Origin: Eremomyces bilateralis CBS 781.70
Taxonomy: Eukaryota
Strand: one strand, 5' to 3'
Length of the DNA: 64,000 bases
NCBI GenBank assembly: GCA_010015585.1
Contig: ML975162.1
This document shows positions 46,724 to 59,027 of the stretch, piece by piece. Each line of letters starts with the position of its first letter. Position 1 is the stretch's first letter. Both the position numbers and the translations under genes were made by a program. The notes below the pieces were generated by a model that worked only from the letters and a program-made list of their open reading frames with translations, was not told the DNA's origin and did no database searches.

Positions 46724-48225
46724 TTATCGGGAATATATTCGTAATATATTTCTGGTTGTTGATCTTTAGAATGTTTTTTATGAGGGGCAATGGGGGGCTA
46801 GAGCTCAGATGAGAAAGATATATATTATCCGGTTTCAGATCACGTGGACACGTGCTCTCAGCTGAGCACACAGACCATCTCAGATGACCTGTAACCACCA
46901 CTGGTGACCTGGTGAACTGGGTCCTGGTATCCGTCCATCCGTCCTTGGTGTCAACACCCCCAGGGCTCCCTCCCATCAACACTCTCTCAGCCATTTCATC
47001 CATCTGTTTTATACTCCGTTTTACACGAACCACCCAGGATCTCCTTTGCTTATGTTCTAACTTCTACCGGTCTCGACATAGTGATTTTTGGGAGCAACCA
47101 GAATCCATTGGTCAAGCTATGGTCTATGGATGAATACGGAATACGCCCGAAGCTGCGCCGCAATCCATAGAGGTCGATTGAGAGGAACAACTATACAATT
47201 GATTGCTATTCAATATATATGTCCCACAGATGCTAACATCTTCAATTTCGTTTTGCGGCGTGGTGCCTCTCTTCCTCTATGGGGTTTGTACTGGAAGAAC
47301 AATTTTCAATTTACGACCGAATCCTGTTGGCACAACGTATCCCACCGCGAAATGCTCCTTGCTATTGTTTATGCGGGCAGTGGAGCTAGAACTCTACAAA
47401 TGTTGGAGGAAGATACATAACATGCAAGGTATGAGATTCTCACGGCAGAATTAGGGAGACCGCACCCTCAATGTGACAAGGTGAATATATTCCGTAAGTA
47501 GCGATGTTTTTTCGCGATGTCGGCTACAATTGACGATACATGGTTGATGGTTCTGTACCATAAGACTCGATGGGGTGGATTGTGGCTCCCAATCGCTTTC
47601 TCTCCCCAGCAGTTGTTCTCAATCGGGTCTGAATATCATCTTTAGTTGTTATTCATTTGCTCAGATGTGTACTTCTTATTCTAAAAGCTATACATTCACT
47701 CGAGTTGTTACGCCTCCACCATGTTACTCAAAAGGCCCGTCTTTCAGCTCAGTCTTGTTGGACTATTAGGCCTCCAAATCCTTACCTGCCAAGCAAAATA
47801 CATGAAATCTTCACAGCATGGCTTCTCCTTTCAAAAGAATAGTTACCCGAGACTTGATACCAAGCTCCAGGTGTGTCTTGGCGTGTCCTGGCTACGAACA
47901 TGTGCATCCGTTCAATACTCCCAAGGAAATCCTGAATCCAGGGAGTGGAAGCCTGCAGTGTGGATGTACCAATATTCTTCGTGAGCTGAGTCAGTTAGAG
48001 GAGCGGGCTCCTCTGGTGGAGGGGATCGACGCGATGGACGTCTCGACCCAGGCTTTGTACAGAGCTGTGTCTGTTGCTTGCGGGACGTCTTCGTTTCATG
48101 TTTTGTGATTGTGTTCCTTCCACTCCATGAAGATTTCCATTCCAGCATCATCTCCTAAAAAACGAAAAAGGCATCTTATTCTCATACAGGAAATGCTATA
48201 CGAAAATCCGTCCGCACTACCAACA

Positions 48226-49233
48226 TCAATCACTGTTTTCCCCCAATTTCTCTAAGACCAAGTTCAGGTTCTCGCGAGTGAGCAGCGTATTCGGATGGTC
48301 GTCTCCCAACGTTTTCTCATTCCACGCATGGCAGGACTGAAGCTGCAACTTAGCATTCTGTAGCCGACCGATGTTCATGTATGCGACGGCCAAGTTGTTC
48401 ATAATTGCCACGGAAAGCGAATCTTCATCTCGGGCATTCCGAAACACCTGTAAAGCCTCTTCCAGAATCCGAATTGCCTTCTCCACCCCCTCATGTTGTT
48501 CTGCTCCTTCCTGGCCTTGGTCGTCGAGCGCCTTATAGGTATGGGCGAGGTTCAGAATGCACTTAATGGTTGTTGGATTCATTTCCCCCAGCTGAGCCTT
48601 GGCCGTTTCTGCCGCCACCTCCTGCAACTGCACTGCCCGGTCCAACTGACCAAGTCCCCGATACGCAATCCCAAGTAAATCCATCGACGCAATGGTGAGA
48701 GAATGTTCCCTGCCCAGCTCCTGGATCCTCCATTCCAGGATTTTCTCATGCAGCCCCACCGCCTCTTGATATCGTCGCTGGGCCGTATAGAAATTTGCCA
48801 AATTACTGAGCCTGGTCATCGTAGTGTTGGAACTCACGCCAGGTATCTCCATCCAGCCCAGGACTACCTTCTCCTAGAGTTAGGCGCCTTCCTCTATGCG
48901 TCCTTGACCTTTCAGATCGAATGCGAGATTCTCCATGGTGGTGAGAGTGTTTACGTCGTTCTCACCCAGGGTACGTTGTTGTCGTGCCAGAACATCCCGA
49001 TCGATTGGCTCAGCTTCCCCGTGACGGTCCTGCTCTCGGTAGTTGGTAGCCAGCATGAGCTGCGCGGCTGATTTGTCGTCGTCGTCGTCATCGAGGACGT
49101 GTTCAGCAAGTTCAATCGCCTGGAGAAATAAGTTGTTAGACTCGTTCAGATTCCCCTCGAACATTTCGTCGAGGGCGCGGCCTCGTAATTCTCGTATTTG
49201 GGAGTGCGGGGATGGTGGGGAGGATACCATCAT
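48226..49233 (-). pseudogene. TPR-repeat (kinesin-light-chain-like, as in fungal NLR sensors) gene with two in-frame stops
   Basis: Repeats such as LGENDVNTLTTMENLA, LGREHSLTIASMDLLG and LGDDHPNTLLTRENL. Two ORFs in the same frame are separated by TAA 48880-48882 and TAG 48874-48876. Confidence 0.8.
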
Positions 49234-49707
49234 CAGTGACGGTACTGGAGATTTTATTATATGTCTTGGCACCTTTCTGGTTGGGTTTGCATTCATTCAG
49301 GCTGCGTGGAGATACAAAAAGGGGTGTAGGGGGTGTTAGAGAGAGAGAGGTGGACGATTGCTTGATGAGGTTGAGTTTAACGAACACGAATAGCTCGCCT
49401 AGCGTAGCTTGGAATACGAACAATCCTTTCCTTCGTGTATGTATGATGGACCATAAGAAAGGATAGATGAATGTCTGCCTTCCACTCCAAAGTGGTGCCT
49501 ACCCTATCTCTCAACCTTATGAGTTATGAGTATCCCTTTCTGTAAATAAGGGTGAGGTTGTAGAAATACTCTCCCTAGGTAATTATATGAAGAATCTCAT
49601 GAAGGAAGTGATTTGATAAGCCTCGGATAGGCGACGGACGATCATCAGCGCAAGCAACTTAAATAGCTAACTTGATTGAGTGGAGTTACCAAATAATCTC
49701 TATCCCA

Positions 49708-51498
49708 TCACACCCCAGAATACACCGCCGTCACCCCCCTTCCGCACTCCACCCTCTGCTCCACATCCACCCACCTCCCTCCAACCCTTACCCTTGCCCT
49801 CGGCGTGAGCTGCAACCGATTCTCTTCCCCCTCCTCCCCCTCTCCCTCCAAACTCCCAATATACACTGGCGCCGCCACATTATTCCTCTTTCCCGTCCCT
49901 AGCTGATAAAACTCATTGCCCCCAAAAAACAGCACATCCGCCCCCCACTTCGCCTCTCCCGCCCGCATGCTCGTCTCGTTCCCCATCACCGTCGCCACGT
50001 GCGTACTCCCCACGCTCACCCGCCCCACCCGGATCGGCACGATCTGGTTCGCCGCCTCGGACCACTCGTACAGTCCGCTCAGCGCCGGGATCTTCGTCGG
50101 CGCGCTCTGCAGGTGCGTCCACCGCCCGTTGCCTAACGTCCCGTAGATCCCGCTGCCACACGACCACGTGTCCGCGATCACACCTGCGGGACCGAGCCGG
50201 CGCGTCGGCGTCGGGGGCTGGAGTTGCTGCTGGACAAGCTCCGCGGTACCGCCAGCGGTGTCGCGGTGGCCGGTGGGGGAGGGGGCGGTGGGAGTGGCGT
50301 CGACGGCGAAGTAGCTGTTCGAGCCGCCGGCGGCGATGGCGGTAACTTTGGGGGTGGAATTGGTGTAGAGGCGGTGGATGGGGATGAGTGAGGGCACATC
50401 GATGTAGGAGGCGGTGGTGGAGGGGAGGTCGAGGCCGAGTTGGCCGAGAGAGTTGTCGCCGAAGGAGAAGACGCGGCCGTCGCGGTCACGGACGAGGGAG
50501 TGGTAGTCGCCGGCGGCGATTTGGGCGATGGGGAAGCCGCGGAGGGTGGTAAGCTCGTGGCAATGGGAGGTAGAGTCGGGATGGGAGATGCGGGAGAGTG
50601 GGCCGGAAAGGCCGAGTTGGCCACGGCTGGGGAAGGTGGTGGGGGAGGTGGGGGCGGAGAAGACGCGGCCGGAGGAGGTGAGGAGGAGGAGGTGGTCGAG
50701 ACCGGAGGCAATGGCGGTGAATTTTTCGGTCCAGCCTAGGTTAGGGGGAGTGAGTTGGCGGTAGGCGATGGAAGGTGTGCGGCGCCAGCTGAACCAGCCG
50801 GGTTCGGTGGGCGTTTGCAGTTTGGCGGAGATGGGGATGGAGTAGACGGCACCGTTGGTGCCGAGGGCGACGATGCGGTCGCGGGAGATGGCGAGGGATT
50901 TAAGGTTCTTGCCTCGTAGCGTCTTGATGGGGTCGTGGTGCTCCGAGAAGCCTTGGCCCCATTGGAGCAGGTCGCCATTCTCGTCGATGGCGGCGCCAAA
51001 GGTTCGGTCGAGCTTCAGGTCGCGCAGGAGCATGCCGTCAAAGAACGAAAGGCGTCGGGGTGTCTTGATGAACTTCTCGTCGGAGTCGGGAGCCGTGACG
51101 TGACCGCTGTTGGATCCCCATGCATACACTCCTGGATTCTCCAAGCTCTTCTTAACCTGAACATGTTGCGAGCTCAGGAGGTCCCGAGTCTCCTCTTTTG
51201 TTTGTCCCTTCCGTCTCGGCTTCTCAAACTCGAGGACAGGCTCCTCATCCTTTTCCGCCGCTTCCGCGTGCGCAGACGGGAAGCTCAGCGGTCCGGATAC
51301 CAGATGGACGGTCCCTGCTCCGAGACCAGCAGCTACTAGAAGATAGAACGGGGACGTGAAGTGCCGTTGGGAAGCTCGGGAACTATTAGTTGAGATATAT
51401 CTTCGTCCGAACCCTCGCGAATATTGAGACCGTTTCTCGCATGTCGCCTGTAATTGTCGAGTCGCATAGCGCAGACATTGCGCTCGTGTATTGAGCAT
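49708..51498 (-). CDS. FMP25: mitochondrial RCC1-repeat protein Fmp25/Bca1
   Basis: SSQHVQVKKSLENPGVYAWGSNSG, TPRRLSFFDG.LLRDL, IAAGDYHSL, FSFGDNSLGQLG, GGNEFYQLGTGKR; presequence plus TM segment. Confidence 0.85.
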   Translation of the reverse strand: MLNTRAQCLRYATRQLQATCEKRSQYSRGFGRRYISTNSSRASQRHFTSPFYLLVAAGLGAGTVHLVSGPLSFPSAHAEAAEKDEEPVLEFEKPRRKGQTKEETRDLLSSQHVQVKKSLENPGVYAWGSNSGHVTAPDSDEKFIKTPRRLSFFDGMLLRDLKLDRTFGAAIDENGDLLQWGQGFSEHHDPIKTLRGKNLKSLAISRDRIVALGTNGAVYSIPISAKLQTPTEPGWFSWRRTPSIAYRQLTPPNLGWTEKFTAIASGLDHLLLLTSSGRVFSAPTSPTTFPSRGQLGLSGPLSRISHPDSTSHCHELTTLRGFPIAQIAAGDYHSLVRDRDGRVFSFGDNSLGQLGLDLPSTTASYIDVPSLIPIHRLYTNSTPKVTAIAAGGSNSYFAVDATPTAPSPTGHRDTAGGTAELVQQQLQPPTPTRRLGPAGVIADTWSCGSGIYGTLGNGRWTHLQSAPTKIPALSGLYEWSEAANQIVPIRVGRVSVGSTHVATVMGNETSMRAGEAKWGADVLFFGGNEFYQLGTGKRNNVAAPVYIGSLEGEGEEGEENRLQLTPRARVRVGGRWVDVEQRVECGRGVTAVYSGV

Positions 51499-51824
51499 GT
51501 TGACAACCATTGGCCAAGTCCGGGTCAAATGGACTTTTCCAACCCGTTCATTAGAATCAAGTCAAAACCAGCTAGTAGCACATCGAAAGAAATTGGGAAG
51601 ATCAAATAGAATTGAAAAAAGATAGAGGAAGTGTGAGAAAGATAATATAAATCTAAAGTCATGAACGTCACTTTACCAAAATTGCCATAGCGGGACGAAA
51701 GTTCCCCGGAGTCTTGGCATTCAAGATCCCTTGTGGTGCTTCAGTTCGATTAAGGGACTTCGATTAAAATGCCACCAAGACCTATCAGACAAACCACCCT
51801 TCACGTCTCTTAAAGCCGCCCGAA

Positions 51825-54677
51825 ATGTACGATGAGTCTTGGTATAATGCCTTCACTCAGAAGACATCCTGGCAGCCCGAAAGCCAGAAGAAGACCCATC
51901 GTCGACGACCAACGCTCCTTCAGCAACCTAGTGTGAGCCACGTATTCCCACCGATTCACCCGTTCATCGTATACTAAGCTCCGTATGATAATAGGAAGAA
52001 GCACTGCCGGAGAATGAGGTCGCCAATCAACCTGATCTAAGCACTGCCTTGGACCCGCCGGTCGAGATATGTCCACCTCAGGCGACGGTGGCCCGCAGAG
52101 CGAAGTCGTATAGTGACTTCTATGATATCGTGCGAGCACACTTGAAGAAGGAAAAGGAGGATGAAAAGCGGAAGCTTCGACAAGCTTTGAAGACCGATAT
52201 CGACTTCGAGAGATGGTACTCGGGCATCATGCCGTCAATTGAGAAGAAGAGCTTCCCGCAATACCAGTATGTGACCAGCAAATGGTGGTCGAGTTATCCA
52301 AGCCATTCGCTAACTCCCTTGGAGGCTATATCTGGATCAGCTCCGTCTAGCAGAGTCGCATCTGGAATATCTAGCCTCTCAAACCACCTCATCCCTCGAC
52401 CTCCTACGTCAGCTGTCGAGCTCGTTTAGTTCCGTGGAGAAGCAAACAAGTGCCTTCCGGAAGCAATGCGAAGGGTTGCTATCCGAGCAGAAATCAAACC
52501 TCCAGCTTGCAGACCAAATCGCCGAAAACCTGGAATACTATACCTACCTCGAACCGATCACACGGAGATTGAATGCCCCGGGTGCCGCCAACCGGGTCCG
52601 GCAAAAAGAATTCTCGGATATGCTGGGTGATTTGGACCGTTGCATTGAGTACATGCAATCTCATGTACGTACATGGAACCTCCAAGGAGATTATATCATT
52701 ACTGACTCCCATTTAGCCTAACCAAAAGGAAGCCTCGACCTATGGATCGCGGTATAAGCAGCTATTAACCAGAGCTCTCACCCTTATTCGCGTGCATTTC
52801 ACCAATTCTCTTCGCGAGATCGCTGCAGACGTGTCCAAACGTATTGCCGACCGACAGCTCAACGACACGACCATGTCGGCGCTCTTGTACGCTAAATTCC
52901 GCGTCGGTGCCCCCGACCTACGCAAGGTTGGTCTCGAAATCCAGAAGCGAGCAATCCTCCCCAAGGATGCAGCACCGGATGCGGAACCAGAGTACCAAAG
53001 CTTGATGAACGAGATGTTTCAAAGCTATTCCACCACACGCGGTCGCCTGATCCTTCCGATTGTATCGAAGAAAATGTCCGAAATCGCCATGGCGCCAAGC
53101 ACCGCGAAGGATCTGGTCACTTTCTCGCGGAGCTCCATCAGCTACATTCGGGGCATCTGCATGGATGAATACGATCTTTGGCAGGAATGGTTTGACTCGG
53201 ACCATGCGCTCTACGATTTCTTGGATGCGATGTGCGAGCCGATGTATGATCATCTGCGACCACGAATCATCCACGAAACGCAGATATTGAAGCTATGTGA
53301 GCTATGTACGTTGATACAATCGCGGTACATGGAGGAGGATGAAGATGATCTGCAGTCACCAATCTCGGCTCGGTTGGATTTCGCATCGTTGATCCATCCT
53401 GCCCTCGAGGACGCGCAAACGAGACTGGTTTTCCTTGCGATGGGAATATTACGAACGGACATCGAGCACTTCAAGCCCAAACCTGAAGACCTAGATTACC
53501 CTGCTCGGAACCGGATTCGGGCGAGTGCTACTAATGGAAACAAGGCGCCTGCCCTCTCAGGCCGGCGGGAGGCCAAAGATCCATCCAAACCAGCAGAAAC
53601 GCCGACGATTGGAGAAGAGGACGGGATTGAGTCAACCCTGAAGTTCGAACCATCATCCAAGGACTGGTACCCAACTCTACGCAGAGCGATTTGGCTCCTG
53701 GGTCGAATATACCGGCTTGTCAATGTGCGCCCCCTTGTTTTCTCCTCCTCAACGCCACTAACCATCTATAGTCTACCGTCTTCGATGATCTTGCCCACCA
53801 AATCCTCCACCAAACAACTCACTCTATCCTTCGCGCCAGCAACCTCATCATCCCCCGCTCCTCTCCCACCGACGCCAACCTCTTCACCATCAAGCACCTC
53901 CTCCTCCTCAAACAACACATCGCCGCCTTCGACCTTGAAACTGGCTTCGCCCAAGCCCCGCCCGAAGTCAACTTCGACTTCTCCGGCCTCACCAGCACCT
54001 TCTGGGGCAGCGACTGGCTCAGCATGCCCGGGAAGCTCGTCCGCGCTGTCATGGCCGGCCAGCTCGGCCGCCTCATGCCGCGCGTCGTGCGCGACTACCA
54101 TGACGCGAAGGGCGAGGTCGACGAGGCGCTGCGCGTGGCCATCGGGGCGTTCGTCGAGAGCATCGCGGGGAGGATGACGGGCCCGATTCGAGAAGGGGGT
54201 CGCACCGTCGAGCCCCCCGTTAGCGCGAAACCCGCGAAGTCGAACTCGGCGAAGGCGAAAGACGATGCGGCGAACGGCCAGAACGGGCATGTGGAGGCGA
54301 ATAGCGGGACATCGGAGACTGCGAGGGTGAAGGCGGCGGTGGCGCAAGGGGTTCCGTTCCTCCGGCAGAAGCTGGACGAGTATATTGGGGATGTGCGGAC
54401 GAAGGAGATGCTCGTCGCGGCGGTGATGGAGCAGGTGACAACGACGTACGAGGCGTTCTGGGGGTCGCATAGCAGACGCGGCAATGCTGGGACTGGAGCC
54501 GCGGAGTCGACTGGAGCGGGGACGAAGGGGAAGCGGAGGGAGGATGAGAATTGGGAGCCGGCGGCGTTTGCGGAGTGGTGTGAAGGGGTGTTTATGGTTG
54601 GGAGGTCGGTTTTTGGCTTTGAGGATGAAGATGACGGGAGAAGTAGTGGGGAATTGAGTCGGGATGGGAGCATTTAG
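51825..54677 (+). CDS. COG3: conserved oligomeric Golgi complex subunit 3 (Sec34), ~5 exons
   Basis: RRAKSYSDFY, LEPITRRLNAPGA, LTRALTLIR, SALLYAKFRVGAP, DAQTRLVF, WYPTLRRAIWLLGRIYRLVN|STVFDDLAHQI. Confidence 0.93.
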
Positions 54678-54886
54678 TTTCGGGACCAATGAACACCATG
54701 AAGAGAGAATATATTACATTGCTTATTGTATAACATGTGAAAAGTTAGGGTATCATATAATCTGCGCTTTGTTGGCAAAGAACAAATTCCCATGGACGCG
54801 ATACCGACATCGCCATTAGCAGTCCTCAAACGACAGGAGAAAGCCCTCCGAAAGCGCATGAACCCATACTCGGGTATATCGTTCCA

Positions 54887-55866
54887 TCAGTACACTTCCA
54901 ACTCCTTCTCCGTCCAGTCCCACAACTTCTTCGCTAGCTCTTTATCATTCGCAAGCTTATCCCCCACCTTCTCCTTCGACGACACCCCAAACGGCACATA
55001 CATCTCCCCACTCGTCATCTTCCCTTTGTCCGCTGCCGATGCCCACAGCTGGTTATACACTCCTTCGTGCAACTCTAGCTGTACGAAATACGTCATCACA
55101 TGGACAAACGCTCTATGCGCGAGCGGGAGATCATTGACCAAGTTCGTTTTGACGACACCCGGGTGGATTGCGACGGACAGGATCTGCGGATACCGCCGCG
55201 CTATCTCGTCGGCGTACAGGATGTTCGCCAGCTTGCTCTGCCCGTATCGAATCCAGGAGCCAGAGATCCGCTTCTGTAAGGTCCGCAGGTTGTCGAACTC
55301 GATACCTGCCGACGGACGAAGTTTGAAGCCCGTCGACGTGAGCGTCACGATCCGGATGTCGGAGTTCGGCTGGTCGGCAGTTTGGAGTAGGCAGGGGAGG
55401 AGAAATTTGATGATGAGAGCGTGGCCAATGTGGTTGGTGCCGAACTGGATCTCATACCCGTCCTTGGTAAGCGCGGCTGGTGCGCACATGATGCCGGCAT
55501 TGCATACCAGGACGTCCAGATGCTGGATGTTGGCCTTGGGGATGGCGTCCTTGATAGATGCCAGATCGGCAAGGTCGCATTGCACGAAGGTTAGCTTCGT
55601 ATTGGGGCTCTCCTTCGAGATGGACTCGGTGATCTCGCTGGCTCTCTTTGCATTGCGGCCGCTGAAGTAGATGTGGGCCGCGTTCTTCTTTGCAAGCTCG
55701 CGGACGTGTTGCGCTCCAAGACCAGCCGTCCCTGTAAGATAGTTATGTTAGTCAAGGTACTGGGATCTAAAAGGATTGATTAAGGCGTGCCTCCTGTGAT
55801 GAAGAAAGTCCGGCCAGATTGCTGTGCGATCTCCTTTTCAACGTCGAATTTACGGTTGCTGCTCAT
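54887..55866 (-). CDS. short-chain dehydrogenase/reductase (retinol-DH/WWOX-like); intron ~55732-55790
   Basis: FFITGG|TAGLG, CNAGIM, DGYEIQFGTNHIGH, YGQSKLAN, HPGVVKT. Confidence 0.92.
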
Positions 55867-57015
55867 TGTTACGGAGAATGATGAAGATGTAAAATCTGAG
55901 GCTAATGAACTGGTAAGGGATCTCCGAGCCTTGAATACTGATTATTAGAGGTATTGATGAGATTGAAGATAGGTATGATAGAAAACTTGAGGGCAATTGG
56001 ACTGATAACTGATAGAATCACTAAGACTTAATACTGATCATTTGAGGTACGGATATAATAATGCCATGCCGAGGAAAGGCATCACAACGGGTATAATACG
56101 AAATACCACCTGCGGCGCCGGCGCTCTATGCTGCGTATTTCAGTGTAACCTGTAGATGTACGTCATGGCTTAAAGCCTATGAGATACAAGCTTCCAATTG
56201 CACAGCTAGGTCGAAGGGGTCCGGAGGTCGTATCAGGTATCGCCTACGAGCACGCGGCCATATTAGCTGGAACCGCGGAATCAAGCAAGGGCCCTATCTC
56301 CGGACCGCTCATCTCGGCAAAAAGATGGGGAATTGGCCCAGCCGCATACATAACGGGCGGCTTGTTCAATATTTCTTGCACTGCATGTAGGACAAGATGA
56401 CATGATGCGAGCATGATGTTGGTTTGTAGTTTGATATACCTGGAGGAAGATAAATTGACGATTGATGTGAGGTCGGGGTGGTTGCTGTGATGACTAAATC
56501 CCCGAGGATTTGCCGGCTGGATCGTCAGATCGAATCACGTGGCAGACAAACACTTTTGATGAATGCCTACAGTGGTGGTAACGTATGAAGACTTGAAGAG
56601 AGATAGACGACAGGTATTATGTTTGGCGGTATTAAACGTATTCCTGCGCTATCTGCCCTACCTTGCTACTCATAAGCTCATCGCTTCTGCCAGAAAAGCC
56701 TCAGTACTATACACGCTAGAGAGCAGCAACAAACTACTATTATGATGTCCTTGTAGTGCGGAAGTGTCCTCCATATATCTATCCGTGACGTCTGCATATT
56801 TGGCACCCAGCGCTAGTTGGATAACTACTACAGTGGGTTCTTTGCTTATAGTCTACGTAAGATTCTATCCCTGTGTTTTTCGGTGGCTCACAGGTGCTGA
56901 ACGTCTTAGACCTTCCCAGATCCATACGGCAGTCAAGATAGCTTTGGTCTCAACTCCGGACTTCGACTATTAGCGAGCGAAAGGCCTGATATCCGCTCCT
57001 AAGACCTTTAAGACC

Positions 57016-57639
57016 ATGGCCGAATTCATGGAGAATCTCTGGAACTCCATCTTCACCCCCGGCCCAACACCATCGCTCCTCATCGCTACGAATGTCACCT
57101 TCGCCACCCTTCAGACCCTCCTCCTTGTCCTTCTCATCGCAACTCGAAGCTGGCACTTCGTTGCTCTAAGTACCATCTCTGGTGGACTGTGGTGGGCGAT
57201 CAACTGGTTCGCGCGCGAACTCGCAGTAGAACGAGCGAAAGAAGAGGAGCAGAAGCGAAAGCAGCGCGAGGAGCAGGCGTTGAAAGGCGAGCATGACGAT
57301 GGGGAGGACGCGGGCGATGACACGCATACCGAGACAGAGACCGAGACTGAGCTGGACGCATCACCACGTGTCTCGAAAAGGAGAGTGGCGGCAGAGGGGT
57401 CGGATTCTCCCCGGTCGAAGTTGTCGGGATATACAGGGAGCTCGATCAGCCTGTCCACGGAAGGTTCGGACGCGGAAATGGTTCATAAGCCTTCGCAATC
57501 CGGGGCTGCGGTGGCCACGGGCTCGCACCAATTCCTCTCACCCAGTGCAACGCAGCTTCACAAGCGCAGGAACGACGATTACAGCGAACTAAGTACAGAT
57601 AGCGAATGGGAGAAGGTGGACGACAAGGCATCGACATGA
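57016..57639 (+). CDS. PKR1: ER V-ATPase assembly factor Pkr1
   Basis: LWNSIFTPGPTPSLLIATNVTFATLQ...HFVALS..GGLWWAINWFARE. Confidence 0.88.
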   Translation: MAEFMENLWNSIFTPGPTPSLLIATNVTFATLQTLLLVLLIATRSWHFVALSTISGGLWWAINWFARELAVERAKEEEQKRKQREEQALKGEHDDGEDAGDDTHTETETETELDASPRVSKRRVAAEGSDSPRSKLSGYTGSSISLSTEGSDAEMVHKPSQSGAAVATGSHQFLSPSATQLHKRRNDDYSELSTDSEWEKVDDKAST

Positions 57640-57771
57640 TTAGATGCTCGGTCTTGGCAGCATCTTAGAGACAGCTTTTGATACCCTTAGATATCCTGTT
57701 CATAGATGAGATCACGACCCGAATGATGGGATGCATCTACGTTGGATTTATTCATTGAATTTGTCGTAGAG

Positions 57772-59027
57772 TTAGATACCATCTGCTACGTATCTCTCGA
57801 GCTTCACCAGGCTCTGATGCAGACGGGAGGTTTTCTCGTCATTTTTCAACACCACGCAATCTACATCCGCGTATTCCGTGCCATCAACCAGCTCACGAGC
57901 CTTTTCCTCACCAAGCAAGTCCGCTAGACTAAACACCGGGATCTTCTTTCCTCTATAATCTACCTCGTGGACCCAAGAATCCGGGAAAATAACCCACTCG
58001 GCTAGCTGCGGAGGAAATATCGAGTGCGACCCTGATATTTGAGCCATCGGTCGCTCCACCACTCTGAATCGCTCGGGTAGGCGATCGCCCATTTCTTTCA
58101 ATCGCTCAACAAAATGGCCTCGGAGAGTTTTCGAAAGCAATGGGACCTGTTTCAGATTCGCATGCGTGGCTTTAACGCGGTCGGACCACAGCTTCGGTTT
58201 GATATAGACCACTGCGGATACATCATCGAAGTCACCCGCGGCGAACGCGCCGCCAGGGCATGGTTCAAGGATCGCCGGGTCCGCCGATTCAAGCGCCCGC
58301 TTCATTCTCCAGGTAACTCCCCGCCTGAGCAGGTCCCGGATATATTGCGGCATATCCGCCCGCCATCTCAACTTGCTGGTGACTTCCCGTGGAGTGGACG
58401 CTGCCATCAATTCTTGGAACCCCTTCCATTTGCCTTTGGCGGTCATGAACGCTATCACATCGTACCGTAGTGAAAGGTAGACCGAGCGAAGCACTGCCGC
58501 CCGCGTCCGTGGGGGGCGTTCCTCGTCCGGGAGCGATTGGAGGTATAGATGTGATGGGAGTAGATGTGGCTCGGATGTGGTGGGGTCAAGTCGAATGGAG
58601 AACTTCGCCAATAGATCGGCCGGCAGTCGCGCTTGGGTCAACGTGCAAAGTCGCAGCGGCGAGGCTAGCATACGTGCTTTTGAACATCAGCATGGGCAAT
58701 ACATCGATCGCGGCATCCTGCAGTACCATAGGGATTCCGAACAAACTGGGCGTGAAACCTCTCTGTTTCCTCAGGATCGGGATCCGGACCCGGTTGCTTG
58801 AAGTTGATCCGCGCGGCACGTCTCAAGGGATCCAGGCTAGGAGGGAGCGGGAGAGGTCGATTGTTCCCTCGTCGCGTGCGGTATGTCTGGATGCCATCGT
58901 CGGTCGTCGAACGCGGCGGGACCGTGACGGTGTTGGCGAACTTCGTTGGAGAGGGACGAGGAGGCAGAGTTGTCTGTCGAGACACACCTCGGTGAGAGTT
59001 CAGTCTTCTGCTGACTCTGGCGGACAT
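57772..59027 (-). CDS. conserved, probably mitochondrial protein (RRG8-like); intron ~58677-58726
   Basis: Arg/Ser-rich presequence-like exon 1 splices to NPYARMLASPLRLCTLTQARLP...WRADMP. Confidence 0.6.

Noticed and set aside
46950..48200. Possible degraded gene
   Set aside because: Only short ORFs with no motif I can recognise; no call can be supported.
28400..49600. Starship giant transposon as the explanation for the island
   Set aside because: No DUF3435 tyrosine-recombinase captain or recognisable boundary repeats were found at either edge.
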